DNA of 26,615 bases from a virus (taxonomy: Duplodnaviria > Caudoviricetes): the IMG/VR virus record IMGVR_UViG_3300046103_002666, positions 1 through 26,615 of that record. One strand, 5' to 3'. This document shows, one piece after another, positions 8,172 through 16,886 of the stretch (its first letter is position 1; the number at the start of each line of letters is the position of its first letter). A program made the translations under genes and the position numbers. Below the pieces are notes generated by a model. It made no database searches and was not told the DNA's origin. It saw only the letters and a program-made list of their open reading frames with translations.

Positions 8172-9093
8172 GTCGCTAAATGACGCAGCGAGTCTGCTGG
8201 ACCCTGTAGAGGATAATCCGGTAGAGGATGTTGAGACCGACGATGATGACGCGGTCACAGCGGATTCTGATGAGCTCGACAGCTCAGAAGATGACGTTGA
8301 AACTGCCGACGACGATGACCTGGAGCCTGACGAAGACGAGGAACCCGCCGAGTACATTGATGTAACCATTGATGGACAGACCGAGCGCGTCACCCTTGAC
8401 GAAGCAGCAAAAGGTTATCAGCGCGAGGCAGATTACCGGCGCAAAACGATGGCGCTCGCCGATCAGAGAAAAGCTCTGGCGGCGGAGGCAGATCAGGCGG
8501 CGGCCGAGCGTCAACAGTACGCCCAGGCGATGCAGTTGATCCAAAACCAGATAGCACAAGGGGAGCAAGAGCCCGACTGGGCACGCCTCAAGCAGGATGA
8601 TCCGTTCGAGTACCTCACCAAGCGAGATGAGTGGCGGGAGAAACGGGATCAGGTACAGATGTTGCAGCGGCACCAAGTTCAGTTGCAGCAGCAACAGCTG
8701 TCGGAGCATCAAGCCACCCTCGGAAGAGAGCTTGATTCTCAGCGCGACAATTTGCTTGAACGCATCCCATCGTGGAGAGACGCCGAGACCGCGAGTAGCG
8801 AGCGAGGCAGCCTCTCTGAATATGCTCAGACCGTCGGCTTCACCCAAGAGGAGGTCGACACCGTAATCGACGCCCGGGCTGTTGAACTGCTCCACAAAGC
8901 GTGGAAATTCGACAACCTCATGAACAAAGGCGCCGAGGCCAAACGGGTCAAGCGGCCCCCCCCATCCGCTAAATCTGGTCAACCTGGATCACGAAAAACC
9001 AAGGCGACGCGTCAGAGCCAGCGGGCTCTCGACAGACTCTCAAAAACCGGGAAAATTGACGATGCTGTCGATTTTCTTTTATCCAATAAATAA
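8140..9093 (+). CDS. Capsid scaffolding protein
   Basis: Very acidic N-terminus, V.IDG...VTLDE..KGYQREADYRRKT motif, Q-rich coiled coil, basic C-terminus ending RLSKTGKIDDAVDFL. SD GGAG; directly upstream of the capsid gene. Confidence 0.9.
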   Translation: MAEATPDEGSLSLNDAASLLDPVEDNPVEDVETDDDDAVTADSDELDSSEDDVETADDDDLEPDEDEEPAEYIDVTIDGQTERVTLDEAAKGYQREADYRRKTMALADQRKALAAEADQAAAERQQYAQAMQLIQNQIAQGEQEPDWARLKQDDPFEYLTKRDEWREKRDQVQMLQRHQVQLQQQQLSEHQATLGRELDSQRDNLLERIPSWRDAETASSERGSLSEYAQTVGFTQEEVDTVIDARAVELLHKAWKFDNLMNKGAEAKRVKRPPPSAKSGQPGSRKTKATRQSQRALDRLSKTGKIDDAVDFLLSNK

Positions 9094-9108
9094 CAGGAGA
9101 CCATTCCC

Positions 9109-10083
9109 ATGGCTACAGCAGCAGCGGCGCTGTTTGACAGCGGCAAGGGCGGCGGCACCGCCATCGGCGAACGCGAACAGCTTTCGTCGGTAATTAATCG
9201 CATCGATCCCGTGGAGACCCCTCTCTACAGCAATGCCAAGAAAGAGGTCGTCAAAGGCGTGTTCCACGAGTGGCAGGTCCAGGATCTCGCGGCGGCGGCC
9301 GAAAATGCCGTCAACGAGGGCGCAGACGCGAACTACGCGGCGGCGACCCCGACCACGAGGCACGGCAATTATTGCCAGATCGGCCAGAAGAGCGTGTCCG
9401 TTTCTGACACCCTCGACGTGACCGACAAGGCGGGACGAGACCGTGAGGTCGCGTACCAAAAATCCTTGAAAGGCATGGAACTCCGCAAAGACATCGAGAA
9501 GTCCTTGGTGTCCGATCGCGCGCGCAGCGGCACCGATCCTCGGTATGCCGGTACGTTCTCGTCGTGGATTACCAACGCCTCGATCTCGACGGCTGGCACC
9601 ACCTCGGCCTTGCCGGCTGGGACTGGGGCTGATATCCCAACCTTCGCCGGTAATGACCGCGCGCTGACCCTCGCTCTTATCGATGAGGCAATGATCGCGG
9701 CGTATAACGACGGGGGCCAGCCGGACATGCTCGTCCTCAGCCCGAGTAATAAAGTAAATTTCTCAGACCTATCTTCGGGCTCTGTAGCGACTAATCAGAT
9801 CAATTATACTGCTCCACGCGAAGCAGCTATCGTTGGTTCGGTCAGTCTTTACTTGAGTGACTTCGGCGAGTTGTCGGTGGTTATTGACCGGGCCATGGCT
9901 AACGATCGTGCCTTCCTGATCGATAGCGATCATTACTCGATCGGCGCGCTGACCGGCCGCAATTTTAAGGTCAACACGATTGGGAAAACGGGTGACTCCA
10001 CCCAATTCCAAATCGTTAACGAGTGGACCATGAAATGCACCCCCAAGGCTCACGGTGCGGTCTACGATCTGTCTGGCTCCTAA
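9109..10083 (+). CDS. Major capsid protein (DUF5309/SU10-like HK97 fold)
   Basis: GEREQLS.VI..IDPVETP, HEWQ..L, NYCQI..K.VSVS.T and ELRKDIE motifs. Strong SD AGGAG at 9095-9099, followed by a terminator. Confidence 0.92.
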   Translation: MATAAAALFDSGKGGGTAIGEREQLSSVINRIDPVETPLYSNAKKEVVKGVFHEWQVQDLAAAAENAVNEGADANYAAATPTTRHGNYCQIGQKSVSVSDTLDVTDKAGRDREVAYQKSLKGMELRKDIEKSLVSDRARSGTDPRYAGTFSSWITNASISTAGTTSALPAGTGADIPTFAGNDRALTLALIDEAMIAAYNDGGQPDMLVLSPSNKVNFSDLSSGSVATNQINYTAPREAAIVGSVSLYLSDFGELSVVIDRAMANDRAFLIDSDHYSIGALTGRNFKVNTIGKTGDSTQFQIVNEWTMKCTPKAHGAVYDLSGS

Positions 10084-10104
10084 ATTTAGGAGTTAATCAC
10101 TACC

Positions 10105-10134
10105 GCGCGGGCACCCTCGGGTGTCCGCGTTTTC
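10105..10134 (+). terminator. Rho-independent terminator after the major capsid gene
   Basis: 11-bp stem GCGCGGGCACC/GGTGTCCGCGT (two G-U pairs), loop CTCG, followed by a short T run; probably leaky. Confidence 0.75.
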
Positions 10135-10149
10135 CTTCCGCATCGTGAG

Positions 10150-10500
10150 ATGCACATTCCCTCAGATGGAAATTCTCCTATGGCCGTTCCGCACATAATT
10201 ACGTCGCGTCCAGACATCGGCTACGAAAGCCGTCTGGAGTACGACGAGGACCTCGGTGTCGTCGGCGTGCAGCGCCAGAATGTCGACGCGATCAAGGAGA
10301 GCGCCAACGCCGAGCGGAACGCCTGGGCGCCCACGGCCATGAAAAATACCCAGGACCACCGGGAGAAAGTCGCGGACATCCCCGCGGTGATGTATTACGA
10401 ATTGCTGGGCCGATTTGGCCGCCCTGATCAGAACCCCACCGCATGGTGGAAATGGGTGCGCGAGAATAACGCGTTCGCCACGACCCGACGGGTGCTCTGA
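10150..10500 (+). CDS. Conserved hypothetical phage protein
   Basis: ORF with QNVD.I..... and KVADIP.V motifs; stop overlaps the next ATG. The start may be ATG 10180. Confidence 0.7.
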   Translation: MHIPSDGNSPMAVPHIITSRPDIGYESRLEYDEDLGVVGVQRQNVDAIKESANAERNAWAPTAMKNTQDHREKVADIPAVMYYELLGRFGRPDQNPTAWWKWVRENNAFATTRRVL

Positions 10501-11135
10501 TGGCGATCACTACCTACGCCGAACTGAAAACCGCCGCGGCGACGTGGCTTAATCGCAGCGATCTTACCGACAGAATTGACGAGTTCATCGATCTCGCCGA
10601 ATCTCACATGGATCGAGTGCTGAGGTCGTCCGTACTAATCAGTCAGGCTGAGGCCACCGTCGACGAAGAATACGAGGATTTGCCGAGCGACTACGCCGCG
10701 ATGATCCGCCTGTACATTTCCAATCTCAACCCTGTGATTGACCTCACCCCACTATCTCCTCAGGGGCTGATAAACCAGTACCCGAGCACGACGACTGGAC
10801 GGCCAGTAAGTTACGCGGTGGTTGGTGATCGCCTCCAATTTCGACCGATCCCAGACGGCAGCGCTTACACGAGCTCCCTGTTGTATTACCGCAAGACCAC
10901 GGGAATGTCGCTGTCTGCGACAAACACGATAAACGTGGTGCTCACGGCGCACCCGGACATTTACCTGTACGGGACGCTTTGCGAGGCCGCGCCCTTTTTA
11001 ATGGATGACAAGATGCTGACCCGCACGATTGCTCTACGATCTCAGGCTATCGACGCGGCAAACAATTCGACATCGGAGGCGTTGGCGCCGGCCACCGCCC
11101 TGGTAATGCAGCACGGACTGAGGATGATCGCATGA
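10500..11135 (+). CDS. Head-to-tail adaptor protein
   Basis: MAITTYAELK.A.A.WLNRSDLT..I..FI.LAE, LPSDY, GRP..YA, F.P.PD and HPDIYLYG.L.EAAPFL motifs typical of podophage adaptors. Confidence 0.85.
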   Translation: MAITTYAELKTAAATWLNRSDLTDRIDEFIDLAESHMDRVLRSSVLISQAEATVDEEYEDLPSDYAAMIRLYISNLNPVIDLTPLSPQGLINQYPSTTTGRPVSYAVVGDRLQFRPIPDGSAYTSSLLYYRKTTGMSLSATNTINVVLTAHPDIYLYGTLCEAAPFLMDDKMLTRTIALRSQAIDAANNSTSEALAPATALVMQHGLRMIA

Positions 11136-11890
11136 CCACAACTTGGAGCACCGTATCTGGCGCTGTCGTCCAATCGGTCGCTGACGCCGCGGCGACAAGT
11201 GCCACGGCATCGGCCACCAGCGCCACCGCAGCCGCCGCCAGCGCCACAGCCGCCTCAAGCAGCGCGACCAGTGCAGCGTCTGAAGTGGCCCTTGCGACTG
11301 CCCAGGTGGTTCTAGGAACGGCTCAGACAGCCCTCGCGACCAGTCAGGCAAGTGCCTCTGCTACCTCAGCCACTGCGAGTGCGGCCTCTCTTGCCGAGTT
11401 CAATGGCCTATATTATGGCTCAAGTGGCACGGCTCCGACCACGAGCATCGCGGTAGGCGACATATATTTCAACAGCTCAAGTAATCAGCTCCAGGTATAC
11501 AATGGATCTAGCTGGCAAGCCGGAGTAACCGACACGGCAGGACTTCAGAGTGTCGACGCTGGACTCACTAGTATTTCCAACCTAACCACCGCCGCCGACA
11601 AAATGATCTACACGACTGCCAGTGATACATACGCCGTATCTTCGCTAACTGGAGCTGCACGAGCGCTTCTGGACGATGCTGATGCGGCAGCACAGCGCAC
11701 CACGCTAGGACTCGGAACCATGGCGGTGGCAGCGACTTCCGATTATTTGGCTAAATCCGGCGGCACCATGACCGGGCAAATCGTCGCTCACTCCACCGGG
11801 GTGCAATTCTCTGACGGTACGAGCCAGACGACAGCTCCCGTGGCTGGCGTCACACTAGGCAAAGCCATCGCATTTTCACTCGTTTTCTAG
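11132..11890 (+). CDS. Tail fibre/virion structural protein (Ala/Ser/Thr-rich coiled coil)
   Basis: SATA repeats, GDIYFNS..QLQVYNGSSW, LTGAARALLDDADAAAQRTTLGLG fibre repeat, YLAKSGGTMTG. Confidence 0.75.
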   Translation: MTTTWSTVSGAVVQSVADAAATSATASATSATAAAASATAASSSATSAASEVALATAQVVLGTAQTALATSQASASATSATASAASLAEFNGLYYGSSGTAPTTSIAVGDIYFNSSSNQLQVYNGSSWQAGVTDTAGLQSVDAGLTSISNLTTAADKMIYTTASDTYAVSSLTGAARALLDDADAAAQRTTLGLGTMAVAATSDYLAKSGGTMTGQIVAHSTGVQFSDGTSQTTAPVAGVTLGKAIAFSLVF

Positions 11891-11902
11891 GAGGCCACAG
11901 CA

Positions 11903-12250
11903 ATGGCTGAGCCAAATATTACTGCGGTCAGCTCGATACTGGGCAAGATGGCTGTTCTCGTAGTAACCACCAGTCCAGTAGCAATACTTACAACTGCAAC
12001 GAACCATGTGTCTAAGTGTAATTCACTAATAATAGCAAACGTCGATGGCACAAACGCTGCGACTGTTGATGTAGATATTTATCGAAGCAGTGTCGCGTAC
12101 AGTATTGCTAAAACAATTACTGTTCCAGCCGACGCCTCGCTCGATGTTCTGAGTAGTCACATCTATTTGCAGGAGGGTGACGCCCTCCGGATCACAGCCA
12201 GTGCCACTGGCGATCTCCAAGCGGTGTTGAGCTACGAGGATATCTCCTAA
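11903..12250 (+). CDS. Virion structural protein, beta-rich
   Basis: SD GGAGG. ANVDGTNAA..., IAKTITVPADASL and YLQEGD.L motifs recur in aquatic phage tail modules. Confidence 0.75.
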   Translation: MAEPNITAVSSILGKMAVLVVTTSPVAILTTATNHVSKCNSLIIANVDGTNAATVDVDIYRSSVAYSIAKTITVPADASLDVLSSHIYLQEGDALRITASATGDLQAVLSYEDIS

Positions 12251-13257
12251 TGCGCGGGCCTGGCGGCATTATTGGTCCCGTCAAAATTCCGGCGGCGACA
12301 GGGGCGGGAGTCAACAGTGAAGCGACCGGCATTTGGTCTCTGTCGGAGGCTCGATTAAATAAAGCCCAGTCCCTATGGCCGATCGCACCTGATCCGGGCA
12401 CACATTACGCTTATCTCCAAGTCGGCGGCGGCGGTTCAGGCGGATATGGAACTTACGTTGGCGCTGGCGGTGCCGGTGCTGGGGGCTATGTTGCCGTCGG
12501 CGATACGGCGTCAGGCTCTATGCTTGGAAAGGTTTTTACCTTTACAGTTGGCGCTGGCGGGGCTGTAAACGAGGTTTATCCGAAAGGGGGTTTGAATGGC
12601 GGCAATACTGTTGTCGCGGCAGATTCGACAGGCGGTGCTTTTACGACTGTGACGATGAACGGGGGTGGCGGCGGTGCTGGAGCATATGGCAGCACCGCCG
12701 CCAACAACGGGCAAGCTAATGGCAACGCTTCAGGCGGCGGTGGTAACGGTTACGGTTCAGCACCTGGGTCTGGCGGTGCCAATGGCAACGCTGGTGGCAC
12801 GACGTCAGGAGCTTATCCTGGGTCTGGCGGCGGCGGTGCTGGAGCGGCGGGAGCCGCCGCTGCTGGCGCCCCAGGTACGACGCCCGAGGTCGGTGGCGCT
12901 GGGGGTGTTGGATTGGCCTGGGGATTAAATTCTGTTTACTACGCAGGTGGGGGCGGCGGCGGGCTTTACTACGGGACAGCTGTGGGAGCTGGCGGAAACG
13001 GCGGCGGCGGTGCTGGCGGCGGCGCTAACGCTCGGGGCGTAAATGGGGCTGTGGGCTCAGGCGGCGGCGGCGGCGGTTCTGGACAGGACCACCCCCCTTC
13101 TTTAAGCGTGGCGAACCAAGCGACCGGGGGTTCCGGCGTAGTTATTTTTGCAATTAAAGACGGCATTGCGAGTTTGACGACGGGGAGCCCTACTGTTGGT
13201 TCTACCGGATCTTATACGACTTACACGTTCGCATCGTCGGGAAGTTTAACAATATGA
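12250..13257 (+). CDS. Glycine-rich-domain tail protein
   Basis: VGGGGSGG...GAGAGG, YYAGGGGG, GGSGVVI, TYTFASSGSL; N-terminal GIWSLSE motif. Confidence 0.85.
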   Translation: MRGPGGIIGPVKIPAATGAGVNSEATGIWSLSEARLNKAQSLWPIAPDPGTHYAYLQVGGGGSGGYGTYVGAGGAGAGGYVAVGDTASGSMLGKVFTFTVGAGGAVNEVYPKGGLNGGNTVVAADSTGGAFTTVTMNGGGGGAGAYGSTAANNGQANGNASGGGGNGYGSAPGSGGANGNAGGTTSGAYPGSGGGGAGAAGAAAAGAPGTTPEVGGAGGVGLAWGLNSVYYAGGGGGGLYYGTAVGAGGNGGGGAGGGANARGVNGAVGSGGGGGGSGQDHPPSLSVANQATGGSGVVIFAIKDGIASLTTGSPTVGSTGSYTTYTFASSGSLTI

Positions 13258-13619
13258 CGCATTTTGCACAGATTGAGGACGGCGTGGTTACAAACGTAAT
13301 CGTTGCTGAACAGGATTTCATCGACAATCATACAACAGGCACATGGGTGCAAACCTCGTATAATACTCGCGGCGGGGTGCATTATGCGCCTGACTCGAAT
13401 ACGCCAGATGGCGGCGTGGCTTTGAACAAGAACTACGCTGGGATAGGGTTTATCTACGTCGACGGTGTAGGATTCCACGCGCCACAACCGTACCCATCTT
13501 GGACGCTGGATTCGGACACATATTTTTGGGAGCCACCCGTCCCCATGCCAGATGACGATAAAATATATCGTTGGGATGAAGACACGACGAACTGGGTCGC
13601 GATTGAGATCGGAGAATAA
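13254..13619 (+). CDS. Conserved phage protein associated with Gly-rich tail proteins
   Basis: M.HFAQI...VVTNVIVA, WVQTSYN, KNYAGIG, PQPYPSWTL, W.PPVPMP, Y.WDE....W. ATGA-coupled to the upstream gene. Confidence 0.8.
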   Translation: MTHFAQIEDGVVTNVIVAEQDFIDNHTTGTWVQTSYNTRGGVHYAPDSNTPDGGVALNKNYAGIGFIYVDGVGFHAPQPYPSWTLDSDTYFWEPPVPMPDDDKIYRWDEDTTNWVAIEIGE

Positions 13620-13622
13620 ATT

Positions 13623-14504
13623 ATGACGTCTACCGCGACAACCATACTGGGTCTTCAAAAACAGGGGACAGGTGACAATAGTAACAGCTGGGGAACGGTA
13701 TTAAACACGCAGCTGGATCTCATCGAGGAGGCTGTCGCGGGCACCGTGACGATCTCCCTGGCGGCGGGTGACGTGACACTGACCACCACAGACTACGCGG
13801 CAAATCAGTCGCGCCCAAGTCATTTGCTTTTGAATGGCGCCATCGTCGCTAACCGCACGGTGACGGTGCCGGCGGCGAGCAAGATGTGGTGTGTGACCAA
13901 TTCCACCACGCAAACGACGGACTACACCTACACGACGGAAGTGAAAACATCCGGCGGGACCGGCGTCAAAATAGCAGCGAGTTCGAACCCGGTATGGGTG
14001 CGCTGCGACGGCACAAACGTGGTTGAGGTAACTGGGCTGCCGTCTGCTCACACCGCAACGAGCACGGATGTCAGCGTCTCGACAACTGTGATACAGCTTC
14101 CGATTGCGTCCGCCGACATTGTTAGCGATCCGTATGGGATGGTTTCCGCCGCTGGGAACACGATAATCATCCCGGTGGGGGTTGAGCTTGTGCAAATCCA
14201 GCTAAATTTGCAGTCAGGCATTCAAGACGACACCACCGCGCTGGCTGCTGTTATTTTCGCAAATGGGTTTGGAAACACACCAGGATCGGCAAACCTCCCA
14301 GCGTACTGGGAATCCAGCACCCTCTCCGCGCGCGCCACAGGAAATGTAAAGACCGCCAATGTGGTCGCCTTAATTAACATGACATTGATGCCATTAGCCG
14401 ACAACGGCGGGAACCGAGGCCGGACAATTAGTTTTGGCTCGCGAATTAGCACTGGAACGGCCACCGTTAACGCTTACACAATTGACGCGGTGGTCTTACG
14501 ATGA
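13623..14504 (+). CDS. Tail fibre/spike with N-terminal particle-attachment domain
   Basis: L.LQ..G.NSNSWG..LN..LDLIE.AVAG N-terminus, CDGTNVV motif, beta-rich variable C-terminus. Confidence 0.75.
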   Translation: MTSTATTILGLQKQGTGDNSNSWGTVLNTQLDLIEEAVAGTVTISLAAGDVTLTTTDYAANQSRPSHLLLNGAIVANRTVTVPAASKMWCVTNSTTQTTDYTYTTEVKTSGGTGVKIAASSNPVWVRCDGTNVVEVTGLPSAHTATSTDVSVSTTVIQLPIASADIVSDPYGMVSAAGNTIIIPVGVELVQIQLNLQSGIQDDTTALAAVIFANGFGNTPGSANLPAYWESSTLSARATGNVKTANVVALINMTLMPLADNGGNRGRTISFGSRISTGTATVNAYTIDAVVLR

Positions 14505-16309
14505 CGATCGTCGCTCTCCAGCCGCGCGCCGGGATTTTCACGGACGACGCCGAGGGCAGCAACGACCGGCCTCTCAAATTCGTCGACGGGAATCTAGTGC
14601 GATTTGTCTCTGGGAAGGCTGAGACCATCGGCGGCTGGCAAGCCAAAACGGCGAGTCAATTTTCTGGAAAAGTTCGCGCTCTGATGAGCTCCAGCCAGTT
14701 GGACGGCACACGCAATATTTTTGCTGGGTCCCACTCCCATCTCCAGGTGCTGACTGGCGGCACAATTGCCGACATCACGCCAGTATCGGGGAGTCCGGTC
14801 GCGATCGGAACCGACGGCGTGTCAGTGACCAGCGGCAGCCCCACGGTTACGGTAACGTCCAGCGGACACGGCTTGGTCGTCGGGCAGCAGGTCGTCGTGG
14901 CTGGCGCTTCAGGTACGGTAGGAAGTCTGACTATAAACGGCGCACACACGGTGGTGACGTCAGCAGATTCTTCCACCTACACTTACACCGATGGATCAAA
15001 TGCCTCGGCCTCGGCGACTGGCGGCGGAGCCAGTATGACCGGGCAGAAAATTCTAGAGCCGGGCGCCGCAATCGGCACTTTTGAGTATGGTTACGGGGTC
15101 CTCGGATACGGTGAGAGCACCTGGGATACAGCCCGATCCAGTAGCGACGTGATACTCGACCCGCGTGTTTGGTCGATCGAGAGCTACGGAGAGGACGCGC
15201 TGGCGTGCCCTGGGGCCCAAGGCGCTGTGTACCACTGGGACGCGACGAATGGGACGACCACTCGCGCGGTCGCAGTAACCGGAGCGCCGCCGTGCAATTT
15301 CATCGTGGTCAACCCGGCCAGCCGCCACCTGATCACGTTTGGCGCGGACGGCGACCCAATGAAGATCCGCTGGGCGTCGCAGGGGACGTTGACGACCTGG
15401 ACGGCCTCGGCGACAAATGACGCGGGGGATATTCGGCTCCTGGACGGCTCGGAAATACGGGCGGCCAAGCGGCTCAAAAGCGAAATTTTAATATGGACCG
15501 ACACGTCGGTGTACTCGTTCCGGTACGTCGGCGGGACGTTTGTTTTCAGCCTGACCAAACTTGCAGACGCAGCCCCGGTGCTCGGGCAGCAAGCCGTCGC
15601 CGGCTCGGACGCGTTTGCTGTCTGGATGAGCGACGGCCAATTCCAGGCCTACGACGGGACTGTCAGGTCTCTGCCGTGCCCGGTGTTGCGGCATGTGTTC
15701 GACGCGGATCGCGGGCCGGGGATAAACCTGACCCAGCGGGATTTAATCATTGGCTTTAGCAACGCCGAATACGGCGAGGTCGGGTTTTTCTACCCGTCGG
15801 CGGGCTCCGATGAAATCGACCGGGTCGTCGTCTGGAATTTCACGTCTGGCCCCGACGTCTGGTGGATCGGAGAACTGTCACGCACCGCGTACATCGACCG
15901 CGCCATCGAGTTGCAGCCCACGGGCGTTGATGCAGACGGCACGGTGTACGATCACGAAATCCCGGGAGCCGGCGACAACGGTTCGCCGATCGCCTATTCG
16001 GTGCAGACAGGTGGCGCCTTTGTTCAGCAAGGCGAAGACCTTTATCACGTTCGACAGGCCATCCCCGACTTTGTGCTGACCGACAGCAACGCCTCAAACG
16101 CGCTGTCCTTACAGTTTTTTGCGCGGATATTTCCGCAAGGCCCAGAGACGAGTGATTCTCCGAGTTCCATAATTTCGACCACCGAGGTGATCGACACGAG
16201 GATTACCGGCCGCCAGATCGCATGGCGCGCAAGTTCAAATTCAAACCAGTTGCAATGGAGGCTCGGGACAATCCGATTTGATGTCGAGCAGCTGGACGCG
16301 GCGCGATGA
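14501..16309 (+). CDS. Tail hub/nozzle, packaged-DNA stabilisation protein (P22 gp10-like)
   Basis: 602-aa beta-propeller-like sequence (IRWASQ....W......AG..RL..GS.I; WMS..QF..YDGTVRSLPC.V) in the gp10 syntenic position. Confidence 0.8.
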   Translation: MTIVALQPRAGIFTDDAEGSNDRPLKFVDGNLVRFVSGKAETIGGWQAKTASQFSGKVRALMSSSQLDGTRNIFAGSHSHLQVLTGGTIADITPVSGSPVAIGTDGVSVTSGSPTVTVTSSGHGLVVGQQVVVAGASGTVGSLTINGAHTVVTSADSSTYTYTDGSNASASATGGGASMTGQKILEPGAAIGTFEYGYGVLGYGESTWDTARSSSDVILDPRVWSIESYGEDALACPGAQGAVYHWDATNGTTTRAVAVTGAPPCNFIVVNPASRHLITFGADGDPMKIRWASQGTLTTWTASATNDAGDIRLLDGSEIRAAKRLKSEILIWTDTSVYSFRYVGGTFVFSLTKLADAAPVLGQQAVAGSDAFAVWMSDGQFQAYDGTVRSLPCPVLRHVFDADRGPGINLTQRDLIIGFSNAEYGEVGFFYPSAGSDEIDRVVVWNFTSGPDVWWIGELSRTAYIDRAIELQPTGVDADGTVYDHEIPGAGDNGSPIAYSVQTGGAFVQQGEDLYHVRQAIPDFVLTDSNASNALSLQFFARIFPQGPETSDSPSSIISTTEVIDTRITGRQIAWRASSNSNQLQWRLGTIRFDVEQLDAAR

Positions 16310-16530
16310 GATTTCCTGATCCGCCGGCGGATCCTGCTCTGATGACATCCTGGGCGACGGACCTAGTCCGGGCGCTCAACCAGCTGGTTGAAAACGACGC
16401 GGCACGGGTCGCCGGGGAATTTACCGCGACGACGACGGCGACTAGCCGGTCTCTTGACGTGTCGACAGCCACCCTGGCCGAACTTGGAAACGTAGTCGGA
16501 ACCCTGGTCACGGACCTCCAGGCGAGATGA
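16306..16530 (+). CDS. Small virion protein (possible tail needle/plug)
   Basis: 74-aa ORF with ATGA overlaps at both ends and a helical C-terminus. Function inferred from position only. Confidence 0.6.
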   Translation: MRFPDPPADPALMTSWATDLVRALNQLVENDAARVAGEFTATTTATSRSLDVSTATLAELGNVVGTLVTDLQAR

Positions 16531-16886
16531 TCGACCCAGAGACCTGGGCGGCGGCGAAGCCGCTTCTTGAAGAGGCGCTGGAGCACCAGGACACGCACTC
16601 GATTATAGACGTGTACCGCGCGCTAGAGGAGGGCGACGCCCAGCTTTGGTGCGCGGATAAAAGCTGCCTTGTGACGGAGATTTTGGAGCACCCCCACAAG
16701 AGGGTGGCGCGGATCTGGCTGGCAGCCGGGAACCGATTTGAACTGGTGTCCAGAATGCTGCCGGACATTGAGAATTGGGCTAGAGACCTCGGGTGCGACA
16801 GCGTCGAGGTGGTCGGTCGAAAAGGCTGGAAGAAAGTCCTGTCGGATTACACGCAGCCTCACACAATATTGGAGAAATCGTTATGA
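16527..16886 (+). CDS. GNAT-fold-like virion assembly protein (P22 gp14-like position)
   Basis: G.AQLW....CLVTEI..HP.KR...IWLAAG...E......IE.WAR..GC......GRKGW motif; directly before the ejection genes. Confidence 0.75.
   Translation: MIDPETWAAAKPLLEEALEHQDTHSIIDVYRALEEGDAQLWCADKSCLVTEILEHPHKRVARIWLAAGNRFELVSRMLPDIENWARDLGCDSVEVVGRKGWKKVLSDYTQPHTILEKSL

Noticed and set aside
10084-10104. Orphan AGGAG after the capsid stop; possible capsid read-through or frameshift extension
   Set aside because: No start codon at a suitable distance, a second in-frame stop (TAG) follows within two codons, and there is no slippery sequence.
11180-11390. Repetitive GCC/ACC/AGC-rich tract
   Set aside because: Explained by Ala/Ser/Thr low-complexity protein sequence; not a DNA repeat array or CRISPR.
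12420-13140. GGC repeats in the Gly-rich gene; possible diversity-generating retroelement target
   Set aside because: Poly-Gly coding explains the repeats; no template/variable repeat pair or reverse transcriptase is visible in the window.
16793-16882. ORF-track N-terminal extensions (also 4986, 22011, 22520, 22965, 24043, 25461)
   Set aside because: Downstream ATGs with an SD and/or stop-start overlaps give more plausible starts; coordinates were adjusted accordingly.
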